A stretch of DNA of 64,000 nt from Octopus vulgaris. Its lineage: Eukaryota. The notes under the pieces are model-generated. The model worked only from the letters and a program-made list of their open reading frames with translations. It did no database searches and had not been told where the DNA came from. Position numbers and translations under genes: made by a program. Position 1 is the stretch's first letter; every line of letters begins with the position of its first letter. The DNA is taken from NCBI GenBank assembly GCA_951406725.2, contig OX597817.1:55180001-55244000 (forward strand). The letters are read 5' to 3'. Shown here in pieces: positions 12,485-24,909 of the stretch.

Positions 12485-13323
12485 AAAATAGTAAAGTGTG
12501 AAAAAACGACAGAAGGCTTAAATGTTAAAAAATATATATATTTGTGTCAAAATGTCTGGAGAATATTGGAAAAATTTTTTTCCCTTTCCTTAAAATGACA
12601 TAATTTTAAAATTTTTAAAGAAATTACCGGTTTCGCGTGTAGCTTTTCAAATTTCTTGTGACGTTATGTTTATATTGCATGGAATTATCGTTGTTTTTAT
12701 TTCCAGGAGATTTCTAAATAAGGGGAGGTAGTGAGTGATTTTTTCCGGTGTAGGGGACATAATCGCTTAAAAATTTTTTTTTCCCTTTTCCTTGTTAATT
12801 TCTCTGTGTCAGTATGTTCGGATGGTTGAGTCTGGGTTTGTACTTTTCAATGAAGAATGTTTCCTTGTTCAGTCTCATTTGTGTTGATGTGGTAAAATGG
12901 GAAGATTAAAAATTGTGGCAGTAGTTGCTTTGCGCATTTCTCAATGTGCTCACTAAAAGGTATCATTCTATATTCTGGGAATAAAAAAAAATTTTAAGCG
13001 ATTATCTCCCCTACACCGGAAAAAATCACTCACTACCTCCCCTTATTTAGAAATCTCCTGGAAATAAAAACAACAATAATTCCATGCAATATAAACATAA
13101 CGTCACAAGAAATTTGAAAAGCTACACGCGAAACCGGTAATTTCTTTAAAAATTTTAAAATTATGTCATTTTAAGGAAAGGGAAAAAAATTTTTCCAATA
13201 TTCTCCAGACATTTTGACACAAATATATATATTTTTTAACATTTAAGCCTTCTGTCGTTTTTTCACACTTTACTATTTTCTTATATATTCACCCACGTGC
13301 TTTACCAAACAAACTTTCTTATC
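12477..13323 (-). mobile_element. Heavily 5'-truncated Penelope-like element: GIY-YIG C-terminal remnant between ~305-bp inverted pLTR arms (12477-12782/12984-13288) plus tail
   Basis: Spacer on minus strand reads PEYRMIPFSEHIEKCAK..FLIFPFY / RLNKETFFIEKYKPRLN; near-identical inverted arms; (TA)n flanks. Confidence 0.85.
13107..13146 (+). ncRNA. Minimal hammerhead ribozyme, U3-A8 core variant (mirror copy 12618-12657, minus)
   Basis: AAGAAAT-TTGAAAA-GC(TACAC)GC-GAAA-CCGG-T-A-ATTTCTT: perfect 7-bp helix I, palindromic CCGG, GUA site. Confidence 0.75.
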
Positions 13324-13399
13324 TATATATATATATATATATAAGTGTGTCAAGTATGTGACCTATTGAAAATGCGAATGTGTTGTATTTTAATTGTTA

Positions 13400-13794
13400 C
13401 TAGAAGTATCACCCGGCGTTGCTCGGGTTTGTAAGGGAAATAACTATATAAGCATTTTTAGAGATGTAAAGTATAATAGCAATCTCAATATGGCTAACCA
13501 CAAAGGAGGGTGTTACTGTAACTTTTTACGTTTTGAGATTTAATAATACATTTTTAGAGAGTTACTTCCCCTATATAATAGCAAAAAATGCATTAAAAAT
13601 GGGAAAAAGATGATGGTAATTTTTTTTTTAAATCGTAGACTTATCGTAAACGCGCGCTAATACCCAGAAGAGCTCGATATGAATCACGACTATAAGATAC
13701 CCGCTTTTGGTTACAGTGCACCGCAAAATGTGGGAATAGTTAGGAATCTAAATCGTAGGAGACAAACACACAACTTCACTTTTATATATAAAGA
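13400..13794 (-). mobile_element. Non-autonomous Helitron
   Basis: Minus strand starts A|TC and ends with hairpin CCCGAGCAACGCCGGG then CTAG|T. Confidence 0.75.
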
Positions 13795-13934
13795 TTTTGT
13801 TTTTGCCATTTTTACATGTACTCTTTGCAGATATTTTGGAATGGCAACGTCCTGAAACAAATGTGATTGTACTATTCTTAACTACTTACAATTAAATCGC
13901 TAAAAGTCGCGATCTCAGTCGACACAATATTCTT

Positions 13935-14143
13935 TTCTACTCTAGGCTCAAAGTCCGAAATTTTGGGGGAGGGGCTAGTCGATTAGATCGACCGCAGTAC
14001 GCAACTGGTATTTATTTAGCAACCCCAAAATGACGAAAGGCACAGTCGACCTCGGCGGAATTTGAACTCAGAAAGTAAAGATAGACGAAATATTGCTAAG
14101 CATATCGCCCGGCGTGCTAACGTATCTCCCAGCTCGCTACCTT
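13935..14143 (-). mobile_element. SINE family B variant
   Basis: GTCGACCTCGGCGGAATTTGAACTCAGAA...CGCCCGGCGTGCTAAC shared with family B. Confidence 0.75.
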
Positions 14144-14408
14144 GAGTCGACACAATATTAAAGTTGGGTTTCATTTATTTCATAAAAGTGATGATGAAGA
14201 AAACATTTGCAACATCGCTTGCCAGTTTCGAACGTCGAGTCTGCTATAAACTGGAAAGTTGTGTAACCGCGACATCAAAATGACGTCGCACGACTTAATA
14301 GTCTTGATTCGCACGTAAATTTAGCCACAGATTTGAGAATTGCCAAAGATTCTCAATCCTCCTAGCATTCATGATATTATATATATAATAATCTAGAAGC
14401 GGCATATA

Positions 14409-14628
14409 CAGTAATCCCTCGACTATCGCCGGTGTTACGTTCCAAAGCCCCCCCGCGATGGGGGAAATATCAGTAAAGTAGAAACAGAATAGTTTACGTT
14501 TGTGTATTATTTTTAGAGTGTTTATATATTTATTTTATTATAAATGCAAAACAACACCACAGAGGAATCGACGTAAGCTTAAATAATAAACTGCGATAGG
14601 TGAACCGAGATATGACGAGGGATTACTG
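14409..14628. mobile_element. Tc1/pogo-type MITE with TA target duplication
   Basis: TA|CAGTAATCCCTCG ... CGAGGGATTACTG|TA. Confidence 0.85.
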
Positions 14629-14785
14629 TACATATTACATCCACACGTATGTGTGGGGGTGTGGGGTGTGTGTGGGGGGGTGTAGTTTACTGTTCCGTTA
14701 AGGTAAAAATCAAGAAAAGTGTGCTCCATACAGTGAGAGATGAATATCATTTAATGTACACAATACCTTGTATTTTTATACAGTA

Positions 14786-15196
14786 GGCGCAGGAGTGGCT
14801 GTCTGGTAAGTAGCTTGCTTACCAACCACATGGTTTCGGGTTCATTCCCACGGCGTGGCACCTTGGGCAAATGTCTTCTAACATAGCCTCGAGCCGACCA
14901 AAGCCTTGTGAGTGAATTTGGTAGATAGAAACTGAAAGAAGCCTATCGTATAAATGTATATATATATATGTGTGTGTGTGTGCATGTTTGCGTGTCTGTA
15001 TTTGCCCCCCCCCCCAACATCGCTTGACAACCGATGCTGGTGCGTTTACGACCTCGTAACTTTACGGTTCGGCAAAAGACACCGATAGAATAAGTACTAG
15101 GCTTACAAAGAATAAGTCCTGTGGTCGATTTGGTCGACTAAATGCGGTGCTCCAGCATGGCCGCAGTCAAATGACTGAAACAAGTAAAAGAGAGTA
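14786..15196 (+). mobile_element. SINE family A, full length
   Basis: Family match; apparent TSD TATACAGTA on both sides. Confidence 0.9.
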
Positions 15197-15451
15197 TACA
15201 GTAAATTATAAATACATTAAAAGTGAATAAATCTTCATAAACTGTCAGGAGTAGCATTGTATACAGATATTTTTCAGCTTTAATAAATAGTAGATTATTA
15301 TTATTGGTATTGGTATTCGAGTATTATTTTACCCGCCTTATTTTAAATCAATGTGCTTCTTTGTGCGTGCGTGTGTGTACATATTTAAGTATATATAATT
15401 TAAGACTTTTTTTTATCTAACTACAAATGATTAGAAGGATTTCTCCCTTAG

Positions 15452-15495
<44 letters not shown>

Positions 15496-15722
15496 ATATA
15501 CTCTTTTACTTGTTTCAGTCATTTGACTGTGCCCAAGCTGGAGCAACGCTATTCTTTAGTCGAGCAAATCGACCCTAGGACTTATTCTTTGTAAGTCTAG
15601 TACTTATTCTATCGGTCTTTTTTGCCGAACCGCTAAGCTACGGGGACGTAAACACACCAGCATCGGTTGTCAAGCGATGTTGGGGGGGACAAACACAGAG
15701 ACACAAACATATACACACATAC

Positions 15723-15760
<38 letters not shown>

Positions 15761-16199
15761 TGTTATATTTCGGAATGGTCATATTGCCAGTTTAGCCAAT
15801 AAAAACACACGCACTATATATTTGGTGTTATTTTGCTTCAGTGATATTTATTTTTTACATTAATCTTAATCTTATTTCGGCCAAAGTTCTTTCGTCACAC
15901 TCCTGTGACCGCATCAGTGGTCCTTTGTTTTCTTCTCACTTACTTGTGTCTCTCCTTACTAACCGTCATCCATTTTGTATTTCTATTGTATGTCTTCATT
16001 TGCGCATGCTTATATCTCTATGTGCGTCTATGTTTATTTAGTGTGTGTGTGTGGGGGATGCCTGTAATATTTCTATCTTCTGTTTATATACATTCTTGTA
16101 ATTTGTATTTTGTTTTTGTTGTTGTTGCTTTTGTTCGAATTTTGTTCATGTGTTTACATCCACCCATTATTATCATTACATATGCTTGTATGCATGTAT

Positions 16200-16274
<75 letters not shown>

Positions 16275-16400
16275 TATACATACATACACACATATATACA
16301 CATTAACATATATATATATACACACATACATATATATAGTTATTCATCTCTATTTCTTTAATTATCTGTGTATTTATTATGTTTGCAGGATCCACTATCG

Positions 16401-18098
16401 TCATATGTTGTGGTGTGTGCTATTGCTCCATTCTAGTTTTCTATTCAGGCTAGGTTTATTTTCTATTATATGTGTAGCTTCTGTAATTTGTCTAATTGTT
16501 GCATCTGTTCTATGTGTGGACAATATCTTAATCTCTATGTTATTGATTGATCCCCCGTGTTCTTGTTCGGCGTGTTGGTACAGAATCGATGAGCTTTTAC
16601 CTTCCTTGAGTTGTCTCCAATGTTCATTCACCCGCTCTCCAATGCTTCTTGCTGTTTCCCCTACGTATGTTACTGTCTTGTTACTGCATCGTCGCTCTAT
16701 ACATCTTATACTATAGACCACATTTCTGGCTTTACAGTTTGTTTGTGGGCTAAATCTACTTACAGTGCAATAGTTATCCGTACAGAGAGTTCTACTAAAA
16801 GGATAGGTTCTACCAATTATAGATCTGATAGGGTTGCCTGGCTTTTCAACAACCTTAATTCTTAGTTTAAGTTTATCTAGGGTCCTTCTAAAGCGGTACG
16901 CCAGTTCACCTCCAGGGGTGGTGTCAACGAACATGACACTCTGGTATTTATGGCTATCATACCAAGAGTTGGCCTTCCCTATTTTCTTTTTTGTCCTTTC
17001 TATAGTGTTCCATGACTTGTTCCTATAGAGTGGGCAAATCCCATTCCTATCATTACATAATATATTATCAAATTTCTTCATGGCTCCTTTGTATACTCTG
17101 ATCCTTTCTTTATGGCTGTAACCTGAGAACTGCATGCGGTGAATGAAATACTGTATGTGTCTCTTTAATTCTGTAGGCTCGCACATGCGTGACACATTTC
17201 TCATTATTCTGACGAGGTCTGCCATCAAAATATTGAATTTGGCATTGCCCGCAATGGCTGAGTTCCGGTGGATCAGGTATTTTGAGGCCATAGGTTTTGC
17301 ATAGTATGAATGAAGGATTTGGGTTTTATTTTTCACAATTTCTAGCCAGAGTTCAGTGTCTAGTACTGGTAGTCTATGGTTGGGGTGTTTAGTGGGGTAG
17401 TCTATTGTGACCTTAATACTCTGGTGGATGGAGTTAGCTATTTGCTGGATGCTCTCCATAGTATTAGTTTCTATTACTATATCAACATTACTCTCTTGTG
17501 AGGGTGCCTTTACTACTATATTGATATCATCAAAATAGCGAGAGTATATGTTTACGAGTATGGATTTCTGCAGTAGGCATTCTTTAAGCCTTCTGTCCCA
17601 CCATACCATGAAGAGGTTGGCCACATCACCAGCGATACTAACACCGATGGCTGCCCCCTCGTCCTGGGCATATATTTTATTATTAAATTTAAATGTGTGG
17701 CCTTTTAGGGTAACTCTTATACTAGCTCCTAGTGCATGTGCGATCATTTTCTTTACCTGATGGACATTTGCGGGGCTCCGTATGGCCCTGGTCCATCCGC
17801 GCCATCTTTCTATATGTGTCTTCCTAGCCATAGAAGTAATTGTAGGCGGTCTACCTCTTAAACATCTACTGGGGCAGAAACTACTAAGATTATGTTTATC
17901 TAAGTATTCACTATTATATGTCAGTCTAAGTAGGAGGCCCAGTTCTTCTGTGTCGACATTACAGAACTCCACCTGGCTCTCGTTGATCATCTCCACGCAC
18001 TTCTCCACTGCAAAATCTACGTCAATCGATGGGTATAGGGATACCACATCCATGCTACCTACTATACATCCTGTCAAGTCACAAGTTTTGTTACAGTC
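16401..18098 (-). CDS. PLE polyprotein fragment (RT core, thumb, Zn-knuckle-like linker, GIY-YIG endonuclease); open frame, N-terminus missing; possibly Naiad-like clade
   Basis: GSMDVVSLYPSI, GAAIG..IA..VANLFM, RYFDDI, LPVLD, NVVYSIRC..C..YVGET.R....R..EH, RQITEA..I...PSLN. Confidence 0.92.
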   Translation of the reverse strand, partial: DCNKTCDLTGCIVGSMDVVSLYPSIDVDFAVEKCVEMINESQVEFCNVDTEELGLLLRLTYNSEYLDKHNLSSFCPSRCLRGRPPTITSMARKTHIERWRGWTRAIRSPANVHQVKKMIAHALGASIRVTLKGHTFKFNNKIYAQDEGAAIGVSIAGDVANLFMVWWDRRLKECLLQKSILVNIYSRYFDDINIVVKAPSQESNVDIVIETNTMESIQQIANSIHQSIKVTIDYPTKHPNHRLPVLDTELWLEIVKNKTQILHSYYAKPMASKYLIHRNSAIAGNAKFNILMADLVRIMRNVSRMCEPTELKRHIQYFIHRMQFSGYSHKERIRVYKGAMKKFDNILCNDRNGICPLYRNKSWNTIERTKKKIGKANSWYDSHKYQSVMFVDTTPGGELAYRFRRTLDKLKLRIKVVEKPGNPIRSIIGRTYPFSRTLCTDNYCTVSRFSPQTNCKARNVVYSIRCIERRCSNKTVTYVGETARSIGERVNEHWRQLKEGKSSSILYQHAEQEHGGSINNIEIKILSTHRTDATIRQITEATHIIENKPSLNRKLEWSNSTHHNI

Positions 18099-18265
18099 AC
18101 TAGAATGGAGCAATAGCACACACCACAACATATGACGATAGTGGATCCTGCAAACATAATAAATACACAGATAATTAAAGAAATAGAAATGAATAACTAT
18201 ATATATGTATGTATGTATATATATATATATATGTTAATGTGTATATATGTGTGTATATATGTATA

Positions 18266-18306
<41 letters not shown>

Positions 18307-18621
18307 TCGATTAGATTTATTATTATTATTACTAATATTGTTGTTATACATACATACAAGCATATGTAATGATAATAATGGGTGGATGTAAACACATGAA
18401 CAAAATTCGAACAAAAGCAACAACAACAAAAACAAAATACAAATTACAAGAATGTATATAAACAGAAGATAGAAATATTACAGGCATCCCCCTACACACA
18501 CACTAAATAAACATAGACGCACATAGAGATATAAGCATGCGCAAATGAAGGACATACAATAGAAATACAAAATGGCTGACGGTTAGTAAGGAGAGACACA
18601 AGTAAGTGAGAAGAAAACAAA

Positions 18622-18666
18622 GGACCACTGATGCGGTCACAGGAGTGTGACGAAAGAACTTTGGCC
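18622..18666 (+). ncRNA. Minimal hammerhead ribozyme in the PLE pLTR (sense copy 15879-15923, minus)
   Basis: GGACCA-CTGATGC-G-GTCAC(AGGAGT)GTGAC-GAAA-GAAC-T-T-TGGCC; A9C variant. Confidence 0.7.
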
Positions 18667-18841
18667 GAAATAAGATTAAGATTAATGTAAAAAATAAATA
18701 TCACTGAAGCAAAATAACACCAAATATATAGTGCGTGTGTTTTTATTGGCTAAACTGGCAATATGACCATTCCGAAATATAACAATATCTGTTTCAACAC
18801 ACGACTTCACATAAAAAATCTTGCACAACAAATATTTAAAC

Positions 18842-18902
<61 letters not shown>

Positions 18903-19082
18903 CATATATATGACGGGCTTCTTTCAGTTTCCGTCTACTAAATCCACTCACAAGGCTTTGGTCGGGTTAAGGCTATAGTAGAAGACACTTGCCCAAGGTG
19001 CCACGCAGTGGGACTGAACCCGGAACCATGTCGTTCGTAAGCAAGCTACTTAATACATAGGCACTCGTACGCCAATATATAT

Positions 19083-19125
<43 letters not shown>

Positions 19126-19625
19126 CAATGGTATTGATTGGAAAATGTATTCGTAAAACAATTTTTTTTAAACTGTAAAGACAGAAACCTTGTGCACGAG
19201 ATAACACCCTCCACACGAACAGAGTTATAGAAATGGAGAACGTGATAGCAGAAATCGGACGGCAGTATTTTCTGATTTGCAACTCTGAAATCGTTTGGTT
19301 ATTAGATACATATAAATAGCTTTATTGTTTCGTGTTGGTAGAAATACCTCTATCATCCTAAATACTTCTCCCCTCATTTATTTTAGTTTATTCTTCCTCT
19401 TAGCATTTTTTCTTGTTTCTTTTCCTTTCCTTTCTTCTCTCTTTACCGCTTTTCTGTGAGAAGTTCTCATATGAAGCATTTCAGTATTATGATCTGTTTA
19501 CTCCTGAGACCAACGCCGTCTCCAAAGCAAATAATATCATTGGTAGCTAAAAATATATACGTACTTCGTGTGCACGAACCGGCAATGACATATACACGCA
19601 CACAGACACACACATACACACATAT

Positions 19626-19679
<54 letters not shown>

Positions 19680-19754
19680 GTATGTGTGTATTCATATACA
19701 TACGTGCGTGTATATTTATGTTCGTTACATTTGCCTATACACACACATGCACAC

Positions 19755-19809
<55 letters not shown>

Positions 19810-21697
19810 GTCATACATTTATATACATACATATTTACGGTTGTATGTGTGTCTAAGTGTATGTTTGTGTCTTGGGGAGGTGGCGCTAACACAGACATAC
19901 TACACAATGATGAAATCTTACACTCTAGATTATTTCTCCTCCCCCTCCCCCTACCCCTCCCCAAGTGTCATGAACTAAAATTACTTCGAAAGATCAGATA
20001 AAGAGAAAGCAAACACTTCTGTAAAAGACCACCAGAGGTTGAAAATTAATTTTAGAAAACAGACATCATGAAACCTTCAACGAATTTCAATAATTACATA
20101 TATATATATGCACATATATATGTTTGTGTGTGTGTGTGTATACACATATATATAAAAGCATATGTGTATATATATATATATTTATAATATACGCACTTTT
20201 TATATTTATGTTCACATGCAACTCACTTTATATATATTTATATATATGTGTGTGTGTGTATATGTATGCAAGTATGTAGGTATATAAGTATGTATTTATG
20301 TATGTATGATGGATGAATAGAGGGATATATGTGTGTACCTAAGTGTGTATGTAAGTATGTATGTTATAATATGTATAACTTGGTGTTATTTACTTCTATT
20401 TAGATACGTATTTATAGAATTCTGTTTCAGAAATAACATCATGAAGTATGGAAATGTCGAAAAAGATCTTCTCTGAGGGAATCTGAAACGTGGTTTAGAT
20501 GTAAATATATCCTAACTTGGCAGTTCGGTGCTAAAGTTTTGACGTTTTCCAGCTTTAAACGAAGAATTGTTTAAATAAGAATTGTTTTTAACATAGAACG
20601 CTAGGAATATGTGTGGAATGGCAAACCGTTTAAATTGCCCAGTGCTTCAGTGGTGGTTTATTTTATAGTGCCCATAGGAATAACGGTCGAAATTCACGTG
20701 GCTAGGCTTCAAACTTTGAAGATAAATAACGAAATTTAATCCCTCATGATAGGTCCGACACAATAACTATTCTGCCAGTTCCGTTGTGTTTAGTAATGGT
20801 TTGGCACAAGCCAGGATATTTCAACTGAAGTAAAAAGAGTTGCTAACTAACCGCTACGGAGAATCAATGTCTGTATCTCTCAAATTGCGACTGAGCGCTG
20901 TATGCCATTAAGCAATTTTGGGAGAGGATTAAGCTATTTATATCGAAAATTAAGTCATCTACAGGGCTCAGCTGGTACTATTTTAGCGACCCCGAAAGAC
21001 GACCTCGGCAGAATTTGAACGCAGAAGGTAAGAACGGACGAAATGCTGCCTATACATGCTGCCCTGTCATCACATCCACTTCCATTTGAAAGGCTTTTTA
21101 ATTGATGTAAACCGCCGGTCGAGTACATCTCTTTACCTCTTCTGGAAATATGAAAGACAAAGTTTCCCTGAGTCGGATTTGAACTCAAAACGAAAAAAAT
21201 ACTAAAATGATTTTTTCCTGATATTCAAACGAGTCTGCTAATAATAAAGAAACTTATTTCTAACACAGAGTCAAACGTTAGGGTTAAATTTGTTTCAGAC
21301 AGCCATTGGTGCTAAAACTATATTGAAGAATATATCTCAGTGGATGTAATTCTCATTCTCTCTGTTAAACAATATATTCTATGGACCGCCTACCGATTCT
21401 GATTTCACTCATTAATAGAAATAATTATCAGATATTTTCGCAAAAGTTCGAAATTTTTGTTTAATTCCATTATGTATATGATAATTATATTTTCGTTATT
21501 CGAAGAGTAATTTGCAAAAGTGAATTTAAGCAAATATCAACTGAGAACTTAAATTGAATTAATATAACAAAAATAGCAGGACCCATTTCTTTCTTTCTTT
21601 TTTTTTTTTTTTAGAAATACACCTATTCTAAAATCAACCGTCATTATACTAGAAACGAACTCAAAAATTGCTGCGATGCTAGAAATTTAATATAATA

Positions 21698-21770
<73 letters not shown>

Positions 21771-21802
21771 ACATATATACATAAATATATGTGCATATGT
21801 AT

Positions 21803-21833
<31 letters not shown>

Positions 21834-21853
21834 TATATGGATATATATATATA

Positions 21854-23464
21854 CAGTTTCGGCCAAAATGTTCAGAACGGCATTGTTTTCGTCAGAAAAG
21901 TAAGTATAAGTTTTTATCAAAGTAGTTTTATATTCTATAATTTTCACAGACAATAAATACAATATTAATTGTTATTGTCTGAGATTTTGGTGTAATTTGA
22001 GAGGATAATACAAAAGTTATGGATGATTTAGTGATTTACTGCAAAACCCATGGCGGTCAAAATGATCACAACGGTTGAAAAAATAACAAAATAATCAAAA
22101 ATGACAGAGAATACTGAAATTATTTAATATTTAGTGTGAAGCCCTTTAGCTTCAACCACACTCTGTCATCTTCGACTGCATGACGAAATTAAATTTTCAA
22201 TTTTTTGCTGGGTGATCTTATTCCATTCTTCCTGAAGGGCATTCCATAATTGCTCAGTTGTTTTAGGATTTCTGGCTTTCGAACGTTCTCCTAGAATATT
22301 CCATACATTTTCAATAGGATTGAGATCTGGGCTTTGAGCAGGCCAATCCATAACAATAACCTTTTCAGCCTTGAGGAAGTTCATGGCTACCTTAGCTTTG
22401 TGACATGGAGCATTGTCCTGCATGAATATGGGTGGTCGCTTAGTTGAATTTCTCAGTACAGGCAAGACATGATCTTTTACAAGTTGTTTATAAACTCCTG
22501 CATTTACCTTTCCATGTAATCGCACCAAAGGGCCCACACCATCTCCAGATATCATCCCCCAAACCATGACACTTCCTCCACCGAATTTAACACAAGTCTT
22601 AAGGCATTTAGGCGACAATTTTTCACCTACTTTTCTACGAACGTACCTTTTCCCACCTGAGCCAAATAACATAAACTTAGATTCATCACTGAAATGCACC
22701 GTTTGCCATTTTTCTTGAGATCACAACACATGTTCGGTTGCAAAGGTAAGACGACACTTTTTATTCATGGAGCTGATCAGTGGCTTCACTGCAGATGCTC
22801 TTGCTTGTAGGTCATGTTCAACTAAACGACGAGACACAGTTTTTCGAGATAAAATTTTCTTCAATACAATGCTCATTTTCCGAGAAACAGCAGCAGCAGT
22901 TTTAAATCTGTCCTTTTTAACTAACTTTACCATTGCACGATCTTCTCTCTTGGTCATTTTTCTTGGCCTACCTGTAAACTTGCTTGCTTCACACGAACCA
23001 CAATCATCGTAGACCTTAAGAATACCGTGTACAACACTTTTTGACTTGTTAACAATCTTTGCAATAGATCCAATACTTAAATTATCCTTCCTTCGAAGCT
23101 TAATAATCTGCTGACGAATTGGTAACGGAGTAAGTGGCATTATATTAACAAAGTACACTGCAAATATTCTTACTAATGTTTAGTAAACGAACCGCCACGT
23201 AAACAAATTCAAAACATTAGAGTTCGCCTGTTAAATATACTAAAACACGGAGTAAAAGCAACCGTTCTGATCATTTTGGCCGGCATGGGTTTTGCAGTAA
23301 ATCACTAAATAATCCATAACTTTTGTATTATCCTCTCAAATTACACCAAAATCTCAGGCAATAACAAATAATATTGTATCTATTTTCTAAAACAACTTTG
23401 ATAAAAAATTATATCTACTTTTCTGTCGAAAACAATGCCGTTCTGAACATTTTGGCCGCCAATG
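21854..23464 (-). mobile_element. Tc1-family DNA transposon with ~200-225-bp IR/DR-type terminal inverted repeats, in (TA)n
   Basis: TA|CAGTTTCGGCCAAAATGTTCAGAACGG ... CCGTTCTGAACATTTTGGCCGCCAATG|TA; inner repeat GGTCAAAATGATCACAACGG. Confidence 0.95.
22124..23140 (-). pseudogene. Tc1 DD34E transposase with two in-frame TGA stops (22721-22723, 22166-22168)
   Basis: GRPRK, FSDESKF, QDNAPCH-34-E (SPDLNPIE), C-terminal KGLHTKY; the two ORFs share a frame. Confidence 0.93.
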
Positions 23465-23797
23465 TATATATACATGTATATATATGTATATATGTATATA
23501 TATGTATATATGTATATATATACATATATGTATATTTATGTATATATATTTATATATATATATTTATATATATATATATTTATGTATATATATATATATA
23601 TATATATATACCAAGTACATAACTACATGAAGAAATACCCACATAGCCTAGACTGGCCTTCATACTCACAAGTAGAGATGTACATCCTTCTGTGATTCAT
23701 CTAAAGATGCCGTATCTCCTGATAAAATGAATCAATGATGATGATTAACCGGACGCCCACGGATAGTGCGGACTATATTGTGTTATTCCCAAGATTA

Positions 23798-23847
23798 CCG
23801 TCTCTGATGTCAAAAGCATGTGATATGTGGAAACGTACGTAGCAACG
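23798..23847 (+). ncRNA. Decayed hammerhead-like motif
   Basis: CTGATGT...GCATG(TGA)TATGT-G-GAAA-CGTACG-T-A; palindromic helix III; weak helix I. Confidence 0.4.
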
Positions 23848-24089
23848 TATCAAATGTCCTACAGTTCTTGCTATATATAGAGAGAGGCGGATAGATAAAT
23901 AGAGAGAGATACATCATACATACATACATACATAAATACATACATACATACATACATACGTACATACATACATACATACATACATACATACATACATACA
24001 TACATACATACATACATACATACATACATACATACATAGAATATACGCATACATACATGTATTCATATATGTGTGTACATATATTCTTT

Positions 24090-24312
24090 TATTCTTTTAC
24101 TCTCTTAATATTTTCCGTCCTTTGACTGCGGCAACGCTGGAACACCGCCTTTAGTCGAAGAAATCGACTGCCAGACGTATTCTTTCTGAGCCGGGTACTT
24201 ATTCTATCGGACCCTTTTGCCGGACCGCTAAGCTATGGGGACGTAAACACAGCAACATCGATTGTCAAACGAGGGTGGGGGCCAAACAAAGACACACAAA
24301 TACACACACACA
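24090..24312 (-). mobile_element. SINE family A 3' half, diverged
   Basis: TTTGACTGCGGCAACGCTGGAACACCGCCTTTAGTCGA matches the family tail. Confidence 0.75.
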
Positions 24313-24677
24313 CATATGACTAAGTATCGTTTGTCGAAAGAGGTTTTCTTCTTGTGTTTTCTAAAGTTTTCAGTTTCTGGGCTTCTATTCCACTCAGATC
24401 TTGTCTGAACGTCATCACTTAATTTCGTAGTTTCCTTTTCCACATTTTCTCTTCTTTAATCTTACCCTGGGTGATATCTAATCTTATATTTAGTGGCTCC
24501 GTTGTGATCACCAAAACGTTGAAATTACTTTAATTTGCCAAGCTTTTTAAAAGACAACATCGATGCAGCGAGACAGAAATCTCCACTAGGTATCTCCATC
24601 TGGGGAGTAATATCACCCAGAAAATATTTGAAATAATGCTCTGACGTCTTCTAAATACGTTAGTATTGGAGAATGTA

Positions 24678-24909
24678 AGGCGTCGAGCTGGCAGAAACGG
24701 TAGCACGTCGGGTGAAATGCTTAGCAGTATTTAGTCTGCCGCTACGTTCTGAGTTCAAATTCCACCGTGGTCGATTTTGCCTTTCATCCTTTCGGGGTCG
24801 ATAAATTAAGTACCAGTTATGCACTGGGGTCGATGTAATCGACTTAATCCGTTTGTCTGTCCTTGTTTGTCCTCTCTGTGCTTAGCCCCTTGTGGGTAGT
24901 AAAGAAATA
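24678..24909 (+). mobile_element. SINE family B, full length, with 16-bp TSD
   Basis: TSD AGTATTGGAGAATGTA at 24662-24677 and 24910-24925; tRNA-like head GGCGTCGAGCTGGCAGAA..GAGTTCAAATTCC. Confidence 0.92.

Larger units (their letters stand above)
15757..18842 (-). mobile_element. Penelope-like retroelement, 5'-truncated, with inverted pseudo-LTR (15757-16437 vs 18099-18788) and tail 18789-18842
   Basis: RT + GIY-YIG ORF, ~680-bp near-identical inverted arms, an HHR in each arm, inserted in (TA)n. Confidence 0.95.
15500..19073 (-). mobile_element. SINE family A split by the PLE: 3' half 15500-15720, 5' half 18912-19073
   Basis: Both halves are collinear on the minus strand and abut the PLE through the SINE's internal TA tract. 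Confidence 0.85.

Noticed and set aside
16401-18098. Possible selenocysteine-recoding PLE
   Set aside because: No in-frame TGA in the retained ORF and no SECIS recognised
18099-18131. Apparent start MLWCVLLLHSS of the 576-aa ORF
   Set aside because: Comes from the inverted pLTR copy (antisense of the ORF's own C-terminus), so it is not the native N-terminus
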